Below are positions 54,017 to 64,000 of a stretch of 64,000 nucleotides of DNA, in pieces. Position 1 is the stretch's first letter, and each line of letters opens with the position of its first letter. The stretch spans positions 192,001 through 256,000 of the forward strand of contig CAWFGE010000019.1 of the NCBI GenBank assembly GCA_963815195.1, given 5' to 3'. This stretch comes from an uncultured Planctomycetaceae bacterium. GTDB lineage: Bacteria > Planctomycetota > Planctomycetia > Planctomycetales > Planctomycetaceae. The notes beneath the pieces were generated by a model, which saw nothing but the letters and a program-made list of their open reading frames with translations, had not been told where the DNA came from and did no database searches. The position numbers and the translations under genes are program-made.

Positions 54017-56574
54017 TTAGGGGAGATTGATCACCTTCCGGGCCCACCATTCTCCCAGCATGAGGGCGATCAGCAGGGCAAAACAAGGCCAGGTGCTCCA
54101 CAGCGGGCGAATATCGACCGTCCGCTCGGTGAGGGCCGGGGGTGAAAAATCTTGGAGGAGGTTCTTCACGTCGGTCAGTTCGTAAGCCCGGCCGCCGGTG
54201 AGATCCGCCAGCCGATTTTGCACCGTGCTGTCGCGGACGGCGCTTCTCCTTTCGGCGGACAGGCTTGTCACTTGAAAATGGATCGGGTCGGCGTATTTGC
54301 CCGTGATCGGATCCCGCACGCGGACGCTGTATTCGCCCGCCTGAAACACAGGAATCCGCGTCTCAAACACGCCGGGCCGCAAGAGCGACACGCGGGCTTG
54401 CTGCTTCACAGTGGACGTGGAAGAGCCCGGCCCCGGCAGGCGGATTTCGTATTCCAGCGATTTCTGCTGGGTGCGTTTTTCGACCTCGGCTTCGCTTAAC
54501 GGATTGAAATCCTCATCGTAGGCTTCCACGGTGAGAAGCACCTTATCGTCGGCCTGGTATTCCTTGCGGTCGGTCCGCGTGACGAACCGCTTCTGCCGGC
54601 CGAGGGCATGGCTGAGGCCGAGCCGTTTGATCAAAGGCCCCCAGAAGTTCCGGTAATACTTTTCGCCGTAGAGCCGGCGGAGCCGCCACATTTCGTCGAA
54701 GGCGATATAGATGACTTCGCCGCGGCCGTATTGCCGGATCGCGATCAGCGGCTGTTTGGTCTTGCCGTTGATGCAGGTGTCGGTCGGATGCTCGGCGAGC
54801 ACGGTCGTCGCAGAGGGCTCCACGCTTTGCACCGGCTGATACCAGGGCAGGCGGCCCATGTTCTCCCAGGCCATCGCGGTCTCGTCCGGCGTCTGGCCGA
54901 GCTGCATGAAATCGTATTGGGCCAAGGCCGCCATCGGGGTGAGTTCCAGACGAAACTCCCGCTCGTCGCGGGGGCGGGCGTCAGGATCGACGAACACCGG
55001 CAGCATGTCCGCGAGCGGCGTTTTCGCCAGCTGCCCGGGACCGAACCTTGGCCCGGCCATCACCACCAGCCCGCCGCCGAATTCCGAGACAAACTCCTTC
55101 GTCATCTCGCAAAACCGCGTGGAGAGCACATCCGCCGGCATGTCGCCCAGGAAGATCACATCGTTCTGAAAGAACTCGCTTCGCGGCAACGTCAAGCTGG
55201 GCACAAAAAGTTCGTTGTTCTCGCGGACGATCGGATCGGAGGACCTGAGGAACGTGCGAAACCCGCGCAGTCCCACCAGTTCATCCCGGTGGAAAACTTC
55301 CTTCACGAACCGCCATTCCCAGGTGGGTTCGTACTCGACGAACAAGAGCCGCATGAAGTCGTCGATGATGGTGACTTCGCGCCCGGCGGAGTTGTTTTGA
55401 TCGACGACTTCGCCTTCCAGCGGGTCCAGCCGGGCGAAGCCGCGCTCGTCGGTGCCGGCGCCGAGTTTGCCGGCCTCGGCGAAGAACAGAAACCGCCCCG
55501 TCTCTTTGGGTGTGAAGGGAAAATCGACCGAGACTTTGTTATCCGCGAGCGTGATGTCTTTCTCGCCGACGAGGATCGGCTCGGTTTTTTCCTCGGCGTC
55601 GATCTTGCGAGCGGTCAGGCGGATGTGCACACTTTGGCCCTCGAGATCCTGATGGCGGAGTGTGACCGTCAGCGACGATTCCTCGGCCTTTTTCATTTTG
55701 ACGGGGGCTTCGAGATGATCGAGAGCCAGATCGACTGCGGTCTTGGCCCCCACGCCCACGGCGAAGATGGGCACTTTGAGCTTCTTCGCGGCCTCTTCGG
55801 GCAGCGGGCCGGCGTTGCGGTTGAAGTCGCTGACGACCAGCAGTCCCGCGAGATTGCCCGTCTGATGCCTGAGGGCCAAATCCTCAAACGCGGTGCCCAG
55901 GGCCGTGACTTGCCCTGCGGTCGTCAGTTCGGGGAGCGTCTTTTCGGGGTCGAAGTCATCTTCATTTTGGCCGAGCGAAATCGCCCGCACGCCGTCGGCC
56001 CGGTCCAACACATAGCCCCGCAGCCGATATTTCTCGGCGAGGTTTTTTAGGAGGTTATCGTCTTTCTTTTTCACCCACGCCCGCACGTAGTCCATCCGCG
56101 ATGCATGATACGCCTTCCGCGGCCGGCGGATGATCCAGAATTGTCGGGCGGGATTTCCAGCGAGACGCTCTTCGCGAGTTCCCGCTGCCCTTGCTCGGGG
56201 AGTTTGTCTTCGATGGCCATGCTGTCGGTGCCGTCGAACAGCACCCAGAGCACCGGCTTGGGCTGGTTGACGAGTTGGATCTCGAGGATCGGATCGGCGA
56301 GGATCACGAACAACAGGCACAGAAGCGCTCCCCGCAGTCCGGCGAGCAGCATCCGCGATTTGGTTTTGCCGTGGCGCTGATAGCGGCGGTAGAAGAAAAA
56401 CGCGAGCCAACCGAAGAGCAGGCAGCCGAACAGCACCCACGCGGGGCCGGCCTGGGCCCATTCCGCCCCGAACGTGATTCGCCAGGATTCGATCCGCGAG
56501 ACGTCGTCGTAGCCGAGCGCCCAGCCGAGCGCGCGGGTGATTTGATCCATGAGAGAGAAACCGGTGTTCGTCAT
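54017..56574 (-). CDS. Membrane protein with vWA-like and glutamine-amidotransferase-like domains; apparent frameshift near 56120
   Basis: ATGA overlap with the upstream gene; VLFDGTDSM, VVSDF, PTWEWRF, GGGLVVMAG, GRGEV, C-terminal EWWARK. Confidence 0.8.
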
Positions 56575-59361
56575 GCGGCCTGCTCCTTGGTTGGTTCGGC
56601 GGAGTCCTTGCCGGCCGCCGATGTCACGTCCTGTTTGACCGCGGGCCAGGCGAGGACGAGCATTTCCAAAACCAATCCGCACAGCACGATCGTGATTAGA
56701 GTTTTCCAATAGTCCCGGCCGCGAATTTGGGCCCCTTCGAGCGAAATCTTTTCGCCGGGACCGATCCAGCGCCACCGGCCCTTTTCGCCGGGCGCGCCGA
56801 GCCGTTCTTCCAAACCCTCGCGGCCCAACAGCGTGAGGTCGGATTCCGCCGCCAGCCCGTTGACCGCAAACCGCACGGCGGGCTGAGCGCTCGCCGCACT
56901 CGGCAGCCCTTCGCCGCTCGGCTGTTTGGCGGTGATTTGATAAGCCCCGCTCTGAAGCGCCTGCGGCACGGCGAGGCCATACACATCCGCCCCGAGCGCG
57001 CTTCACGGTCAGGGCTTCTTCATCGCCAGAGGGCCGGGTGAGCGTGTACCGCATTCGCCGATCCGGTTCGATGGGCAACACGATGGGTTCGCTGGTGTCG
57101 AAATTCCGCTGGGGCATCGTGTCTTCGATCAATCGCCGGAGAATGCGGTCGAACAGGCTGATGTTGCTGTTCTTCCCGGCCAGGGTGTTCCAACTGGAAT
57201 ATGTCCCCGACGTAAATAAGAGCACCTTGCCCAGACCGATTCGGCGTTCGATCAGAAATGGAACCCCCGCCGCTTCGCCGACGAACTCGGCATCGTCTTT
57301 CACATCGTACCGGGCCAACACGCGGGGCAGCGATTCCTGCACGATCTGCTCGACAGGCTCGGAGAGCCGATCGTTAATCCGCCCGGTCTGCCACAATAGC
57401 CACTGCGGTGCGATCTGCCGCTCGCGGGCCGTGTCCGCGGCTTCTTGGGATTCCTCCGTTTTGCCGAAGGTGCCTTGCTTTTGCATGTCTTCCCAAGCGG
57501 TTCGGCGCCGAGCGGCTTCGGCGAGGAATCTTCGCTGTTCGGCCAGCCGTTTTGTCTCGCGGGCTTTGAGATCCTTTAACAGCCTGGAAGAGACATCGGC
57601 CTGGGCCGCCTTGAAGAACATTGTGAGGCCGTACCAGCTTTCCAGGTCGTCGGGCTTCGCGTTTTCCAGGATGAAGTACGGATGCTGCATCGTGGCGAAG
57701 TCCATGTAGAACGGCTTGATCTGATTCGATCTTCCCGGCGAGCGCCCATTCTTCGGGCGTCTTGCCGAAGGGCTCCGGCCGGAGTGGCACCGGCAAAATT
57801 CCGGCCCCGTCTTGCCACGCGGCTTGGGTCCATTGGGCGGGATCGAACTCTGCCCCGGCGGTGATCACCACCTGGCCCCCTTGTTGGACGTATTCCCTTA
57901 AGAGCGGCACGGCGTCGCCGGGATTTTCCACGCCGCCGATGACGACGAGCCGGGCATCCTCCAAGAGCTTTTGATCGAGCTGATCGATCGTGACGTGCCG
58001 AATTTCGATGAGTTGCCTCTGGTATTCCTCGCGGCTCAGCCGGGGGCGAGATACCGGCGGAGCGGATAGGTCTCGCCGACTTCGCCGGCTTTGACATCCT
58101 CCCGCGGGCCGAGTTGATCGACGAACACCACCGGCAAAGCCGCCACGACGGGCACGACCAGATGCCTTGTGTTGTCGGACTTCAAGCGGTCGCCGGCGAT
58201 GGTCGCGGTCTGGACTTCGACGGACGCGTTCACGAACTGCGGATGCCCCGGCTCGGCGGGCACGTCGATTTGATATTTGAACTCCAAGAGCCGCGACTGC
58301 CCCGGATCCAAATCGACCGTCTGGCTTGCGACCGACACGCCGTCCACCGTGAGCGCGACTTGCACGTCTTTGAGTGGCTCCGGGCCTTGGCAGTCCACGG
58401 TCGCGAGGAAGGTGGAAGGCGTCTCGATGTCGGCGATGCCGTCTTGGATGTGAAAATCCGAAACCCAGACATTCTCCGGCCTGTCGGCGGCGATTTTGAC
58501 GACTTGCAGTTCGGGGATTTTGGACAACTCGGCTTTCAAAGACTCGGCCGGCCAGTTGCCGACTTGTTGATCGCCCAAAAACACAACCCGCTTGGCGGGG
58601 AGCTCGGGCATTTGCTCGCAGGCCTGAGCCGCGAGTTGGACGGCCATCGCCGCGGTACCCCGGCGGTCCACGACTTCGATGCTGCCCAGCGCATCGCGGG
58701 CGTCTTCCTTGCTGCGGTGGGCGTCGAGGCTATGCGCGTTCGGCGAACCGCACAGCGGAATGATCGAGATCGAACTCTCCGGCGGGAGTTCGTCGATGAA
58801 CTCCGCGGCCTTCGCCTTCGCCCCGTCAAGCAAGCTGCCTTCGAGCGTTTCGTAACCCATGCTCTGGCTGTTGTCGATCACCAAGACCGCATGCACGGGA
58901 TGCCGCTGGCTGATCGCTTCCTCGCCGCCGATGAGCCGGCTCTGGACCTGGCGAAAAAACCCCAACCCGGCAATGCCGGCGAGAAATAAACAACCCGCGG
59001 CGACGGCGAATTTCGTCACGCGGACCGAAGCCAGCACCGCCCAAATCCCCAGCCCGAGCGCCAGAGTCCCCACGAGCCAAGGCCAGACTTGCTGAAACAC
59101 CGATTCCCCGGTCGCGGTGGCAAAAAACGGCCGGGCGAGCGCGAAGCCGATCAACAAGACGCACAAAACTCGCAGCACGAGCAATATCAAATCCCGCATC
59201 TGCAGGATTTTGCGGTTCCGCTGGAGGGCTTCGCGGAGAAAATCCATCGCCGCCCAATCCACCACGCGAAACCGCCTGCGGTTCAAGAGGTGAATCAAAA
59301 TCGGCCCCGCCGCCGCGATGATCCCGGCAATGGCAAAAGGTTTGGCGAAGAAGTCCAGCAT
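56571..59361 (-). CDS. BatA-domain + vWA protein; apparent frameshifts near 58040, 57715 and 56995
   Basis: PILIHLLNRRR..WAAMDFL..LLVLR..ALARP (BatA); VIDNSQSM MIDAS; C-terminal ESDL and TM helix. Confidence 0.85.
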
Positions 59362-59391
59362 GGTTTTTGTCGGTTGTCCGTGGCGGTATCT

Positions 59392-59585
59392 GTGAGCGGC
59401 ACGGCGCTAGCCGCCGGCCTTACGCTATTAACTCTCGAATGCGATCCTGTGAGCGGCACGGCGCTAGCCGCCGGCCTTACGCTATCAATTCCACGGCGAT
59501 CCCATGAGGCGCACGGCGCTAGCCCCCGGCCTTATGCGGCAGACATTCAATTATTGGAACCCGGCGGCTAGCGCCCAACCGCTCA
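59392..59585. repeat. Family A REP cluster (three direct, one inverted)
   Basis: GTGAGCGGCACGGCGCTAGCCGCCGGC at 59392 and 59449, degenerate at 59505, inverted at 59561-59585. Confidence 0.9.
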
Positions 59586-60059
59586 TAATTTCCGATCCAT
59601 TCGGTCTTGTGCTTCCACGATGTAAAGAACCACTTTTGCCAAATCTTCTTCATCATCAATAGACTCAATGTCTCCTCCACGCGTCCAAACTTTTTTATTC
59701 AAAATCGGATCAGGCAATTCGCGCAAAACTCGCGTCGCATTGGCTTTGAATTGGTCTCGTGTTTTTTTCGGATCTTCGTCTGCCGTGACGGCAATATGAA
59801 CATGATTCGTGCGAGCATTTACGGCATGCAATTCCCACCCTCTTATCTCTGCATGTTCGCGACAGACTTTTTCAACCTCATGTCGGTGGGTTTCGCTTAG
59901 GATAACCGCGTTTTCATTCATCCGACCCCGACCCCATTGTTCCAATTGCGGCCGTGGCTCTTGGTTTCCTCGTTTCCATTTGCGCCATCCCCGATGATCG
60001 CCGGGAAGCCACGCGCCATAGGTTGTCCACGTGATGAAATAGGCAATGGTGTCGGGCAT
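59583..60059 (-). CDS. REP-associated tyrosine transposase (RAYT, Y1 HUH)
   Basis: YFITWTTYG, NHVHI (HUH), FKA, W, LYI catalytic Tyr; visibly lower GC; flanked by REPs. Confidence 0.88.
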   Translation of the reverse strand: MPDTIAYFITWTTYGAWLPGDHRGWRKWKRGNQEPRPQLEQWGRGRMNENAVILSETHRHEVEKVCREHAEIRGWELHAVNARTNHVHIAVTADEDPKKTRDQFKANATRVLRELPDPILNKKVWTRGGDIESIDDEEDLAKVVLYIVEAQDRMDRKL

Positions 60060-60128
60060 TTTCGTTACTGCCGAAGTCAGAGATTGAAAAATCCGTGACT
60101 CCTTATTTTACAACACACTCTCCATCCG

Positions 60129-60318
60129 GCCGGCGGCTACCGCCGTGCCGCTCACCGGATCCAATCCCTAATTCTTGATTAAACTCGCCAAGTTATGACT
60201 TACTCTCCATCCAGCCGGCGGCTAGCGCCGTGCCGCTCACCGATCTAAAAATCCTTGTGATGACTCCCTGCTAGGACTGACGCTCTTTAAAACCGGCGGC
60301 TAGCGCCGTGCCGCTCAC
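60129..60318 (-). repeat. Family A REP cluster (three inverted copies)
   Basis: CCGGCGGCTAGCGCCGTGCCGCTCAC (one with a substitution) at about 60129, 60214 and 60293. Confidence 0.9.
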
Positions 60319-61464
60319 CTATTCCAACCCTAGATTCTTGCTGAGGTCCTCGATCTTGCCTTCCTGCAAAATCGGCAAGTAGCGGTTGGGAATCGCCAGG
60401 ATGAAACAGGCGACTGCCGTTCCGTAGAGCCGGCCGGGTTTGCCGTGGACGTGGCGGGTGTCGGTCCAGTGGCCGTCGTCTTCGGGTTTGCCCGGGCTTT
60501 GGTATTGGCAGCGGGCGATGTAATCCCGCAAGGCGGGGTACGAATCCTGCCAATAGGTTTTTCCGATGTCCTTGCGGTCGCCGACCTGATACAGAGCCTG
60601 CCCGACGTAATACAACGTGTAGGCATCGAAGGGCAAGCGGCCGTCGCGTTTTTTGGGCAGCTTGAGCCGGCGGATTTCCTTGGTGATCACGTCCATGTTT
60701 TTGGGAATCCGCCAGTCCTGATATTGCCCGAACTCCTGCATGCACACCACGCCCGCGGCCGCCATCGCGGTCGTGCCGCGGTTGCCGTCGTAGGTGAATT
60801 GGCCTTCGCCCTGTTTGATGCGGGGATCGTTCGGGTTCCGCGCGCCGTTCTGGGCTTTGTAATGCTCGCGCACGCTTTGAATGGCGAGGGGCACCACGCC
60901 GGGCGGGACGGCGAGGCCGCTGTCCGCGGCGCTGCGAATGGCTTTGGCCTGCATCACCGCGAGGCTCAGATCGTGGCCGTTTCGCTGCCGGCGGGCCCGG
61001 TAATCCCAGCCGCCGTCTTCGCATTGCGTGTTGTAGATGAGTTTAAGTGCGAGATCGAGCGTCTTGCCGATCTGCGGGTCGCCCGTCATTCCATGGGCCT
61101 GCCCCAGGACGAACGTGGTCAAGCCGTGGTTGTACATGTCCCGCTGCGGGTCGGCGATGTTTAAGAGCCCCGAAGGCTTGGCGTTTCTCAAGATGTAATT
61201 GAGCGACTTCTCGACGACATCGCCGTACTTCCCGCGGCCCGGCATATGCCCCGCCGCGAGGAACGCCAAGGTGCCCATGCCCACCAGGCCCAGGTCGTTG
61301 GATTCCCAATTGCCCTCCGGCCCCTGGTTGCGGGCCAGCCATTCCAAGCCCCGCTCCAGAGCGAGTTCGCTTTCGGGCGTGATCTCCCAAGGCCCTTCCG
61401 CCCGCACGGGGGCGGCGAGAACGGAAACGATCAGCATTGTGAAAACAGGAATGCGATTTTTCAT
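60319..61464 (-). CDS. Secreted prenyltransferase/squalene-oxidase-repeat protein
   Basis: QW-like repeats WLARNQGPEGNW, TQCEDGGWDY, DDGHW; MYNHG; signal peptide. Confidence 0.88.
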   Translation of the reverse strand: MKNRIPVFTMLIVSVLAAPVRAEGPWEITPESELALERGLEWLARNQGPEGNWESNDLGLVGMGTLAFLAAGHMPGRGKYGDVVEKSLNYILRNAKPSGLLNIADPQRDMYNHGLTTFVLGQAHGMTGDPQIGKTLDLALKLIYNTQCEDGGWDYRARRQRNGHDLSLAVMQAKAIRSAADSGLAVPPGVVPLAIQSVREHYKAQNGARNPNDPRIKQGEGQFTYDGNRGTTAMAAAGVVCMQEFGQYQDWRIPKNMDVITKEIRRLKLPKKRDGRLPFDAYTLYYVGQALYQVGDRKDIGKTYWQDSYPALRDYIARCQYQSPGKPEDDGHWTDTRHVHGKPGRLYGTAVACFILAIPNRYLPILQEGKIEDLSKNLGLE

Positions 61465-61490
61465 GGGGAATAATCGGACCGTGATAAACC

Positions 61491-61572
61491 GGCGAGCGTA
61501 GGGCGTCAGCCCCATGATTCCTGGGTTTCACAAGCTTCATAGAAATCATGGGGCTGACGCCCCACGCTCGCC
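61491..61572. repeat. Inverted pair of family B REPs
   Basis: GGCGAGCGTAGGGCGTCAGCCCCATGATT ... AATCATGGGGCTGACGCCCCACGCTCGCC. Confidence 0.85.
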
Positions 61573-61676
61573 TTATCAGGAAGTCGTCATAAATTTATTT
61601 GCCTCTCCCGTCCACTCGTTACGGGAAATCTGCGGCGATTCTCTGTTTTCTCAGAATTGCCGGGGCTTGCCAAGCA

Positions 61677-63531
61677 TCACGGCAGAAACGGCCACGCGAA
61701 GGGCGCGATGGCGAGCGTAAGCACCGCGATCAGCAAACTCAACGGGCCGCCGACGCGGAGGTAATCGCTGGCCCGGTAACCGCCGGGGCCGTACACCATC
61801 AGGTTCGTTTGATACCCGACGGGGGTTGCGAAGCTCGCGGCGGAGGCGATCATCACCGCGACCGCGAACGGCATCGCGTTCACTTCCAGCCGCGCCGAGG
61901 TCGCCATCGCGATCGGAAAAAACAGCACCGCGGCCGCTTTGGCGGTAATGATGTTCGTGAACACCATCGTCAATCCGTAAATCACCGCGAGGCTCGCCCA
62001 CGGATGCGATCCCGCCGCCGACACCAGTCCCTCGGCCAGAAACCGGTCGGTCCCGCTGGACTTGATGCCTCCCCGATGCCCAGCCCGCCCGCGATCGTCA
62101 GCAACACGCCCCAATCCACGGAGCGTTTGGCTTCCGAGCCTTTGCAGCAGCGGGTGATGATCATCAAGCCCGCCGCGATCATCGCCGCCTTGAGCATGCT
62201 CACAAAACCCGTGGCGACGCCGACGATCATCGCCGCCAAAATCAACAGCGAGATCCACGCCCGCTCGTGGCGCGGCGGCGTCGAATCTTCGATCCGGCTG
62301 ATCAGAAAAAAATCCCGCGAGTTCCGCTGCAGCTCGATAAAGCCCGGCGGTGCTTCCAGGAGCAGCGTGTCGCCCGGCTCGAGGCGGATGTCGCCGATCT
62401 TCTTTTGAATCCGCTGCCCGTTCCGGGCGACGGCGAGCACGGCCGCGTTATAGTGGCTGCGGAACTGGGCTTCGCGGATCGTCATGTTCAAAAACGGATA
62501 AGTGTTCGAGACCACCGCTTCCACCAGCGAGCGTTCGTTCCGCGGGCCTTCCAATTTGAACATCTGGTCGGTTGCAGGTTTGAGGCCCGGCATCCGCTGC
62601 AATCGACGACCGATTCCACAATCCCCACAAACACCAGCCGATCGTTGGCCTCGAGGCGTTCGTTCCGCGAGACCGCCGCGAGGATGTGCCCGCCGCGGTC
62701 GATCTCCGCCAGAAACACGCCGGGCAGATGCCGGAGCCCCGCGGCTTCGATCGTTTTCTCCACCAGCGGGCTGCCCGGCTCCACGATCATCTCCACCGTG
62801 TACTCCCGCGGGTTTTCGAGTTGCTGCATGACGGGTTTGCGCTCCGGCAAGAGCCAGCGGGCAAAGATCAACAAATACCCCACGCCCAAAACCGCCGCGG
62901 CGGCGCCGACGACCGCGATCTCGAACATTCCCAGCCCCGGGCGGTCCTCCGCGCGGTCCAGAAAGAGCAACGGCCGCGCGGTCTCGTCGGCCGTCTTCGT
63001 TTCGGCTTCTTCCGCGGCCCGGCTTTGGGCATCGATCAACAGACCATTGACGACCAGCGTCGTGCTGGTGCCGACCAAGGTCATCAATCCGCCCAGGATG
63101 GTTGCGTAACTTAATGGCAAGAGCAGATGCGAAACCGAGAGGCGGAACTTCTTGGCCCAGTCGTTGACGATCGGGAGCCCCATCGCCACCACGGGGGTGT
63201 TGTTGAGGAAGGCGCTCATCACCGCGGAGGGAATCATGATTCGCGCCTGGGCCGAGCGGAGCGATTTCGGCTTGCCCAGAAGCGCCTGCCCGATGCCGCT
63301 CAGTCCCCCCGTTTGCCGCATGCCTTCCGCGACGACGAACAGCACCGCCACGGTAATGAGGCCTTCGTTCGCAAACCCGCTCAGTGCGCGCTTCGTATCG
63401 ACGATGCCGGCCACGAAGAGCAGCGTCAACCCGCCCAACAGGACAAACTCCGGCCCCACGCGCAGGAACGTCAAGGCCACGACCACGACGGCGAGCACCA
63501 ACAGCGTGAACAGAATGGGGAATTCGATCAT
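61677..63531 (-). CDS. SLC13/DASS permease with two TrkA-C domains; apparent frameshifts near 62600 and 62070
   Basis: [48 protein letters not shown]. Confidence 0.92.
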
Positions 63532-63928
63532 TGTTCGGGCGTGAAACGCGGTATTTGAGGCGGGGGGAAGGCCACGATGGCGCAAAGACCACAAAACGCC
63601 GGTCAGCCGAAATCGGGAAAACAGATCAGCTCTGCCCGCCTTCCCCAGGGATCCTTTGGCCTCGAGCCTTCCAAAGCCGCTGTGACGACACGCCCGCTTA
63701 TAGCAAAACGAGCCTGCGACTTACAGTTCGCGGCATGATGTGCTTCATCCGCCCGAACGGACGGAACCAAACAACAAGATCGCGGGGCACAAAATCCGCC
63801 GCGAGAATGCTCCTGCGGTTATCCAATGAGATCAGACACCCTTTTCCTTCGCCGAGGATATCACCCTTTGCCTCGCGCCCGATGGAATCCGGTGTCTGAA
63901 TCCTTTTGAAAACTTCAGAAACCGGCCG

Positions 63929-64000
63929 CTACGACTGGGCCAGGACCTGTTCGATCGGTTTGCCCTCGGCGATGCGGAAGGGGCGGCCGATGTCGGAGAG
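63929..64000 (-). CDS. C-terminal fragment, resembling a DUF1501 protein ending
   Basis: Reads LSDIGRPFRIAEGKPIEQVLAQS-stop at the window edge. Confidence 0.55.
   Translation of the reverse strand, partial: LSDIGRPFRIAEGKPIEQVLAQS

Noticed and set aside
59392..59531. Possible CRISPR array (repeat with about 57-nt period)
   Set aside because: Only three units, similar spacers, inverted copies nearby, no cas genes; explained by RAYT-associated REPs.
60319..61464. Squalene-hopene cyclase
   Set aside because: Too short, has a signal peptide and lacks DXDD.
63532..63928. Riboswitch upstream of the SLC13 transporter
   Set aside because: No recognisable aptamer consensus by eye; a covariance-model scan would be needed.

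Overview
GC-rich bacterial DNA whose gene content points to a planctomycete (sulfatase, CRTAC1/ASPIC protein, PQQ-like propellers, HINT protein, a MoxR/DUF58/BatA/prenyltransferase-repeat cluster, a DUF1501-like tail). About 45 genes are recognisable. More than a dozen are split by apparent single-base indels, most likely assembly or sequencing error. The standout is a complete IS110-family element (30845-32502) inserted at a CT core inside a REP-like palindrome. Its non-coding left end can be folded by eye into a bridge-RNA architecture with guide segments matching both its own target site and its own donor junction, and joining its ends creates a TTGAAA-N17-TAGGAT promoter. Other notable items: a REP-associated tyrosine transposase flanked by seven REPs, three REP-like repeat families, an overlapping FAD oxidase + MnmM pair resembling a split MnmC-like tRNA modification module, a soluble-adenylyl-cyclase-like STAND protein, a secreted HINT protein ending in His-Asp, and a membrane-anchored HTH protein with two arrays of acidic serine motifs. 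All family assignments come from motif recognition, not database searches.
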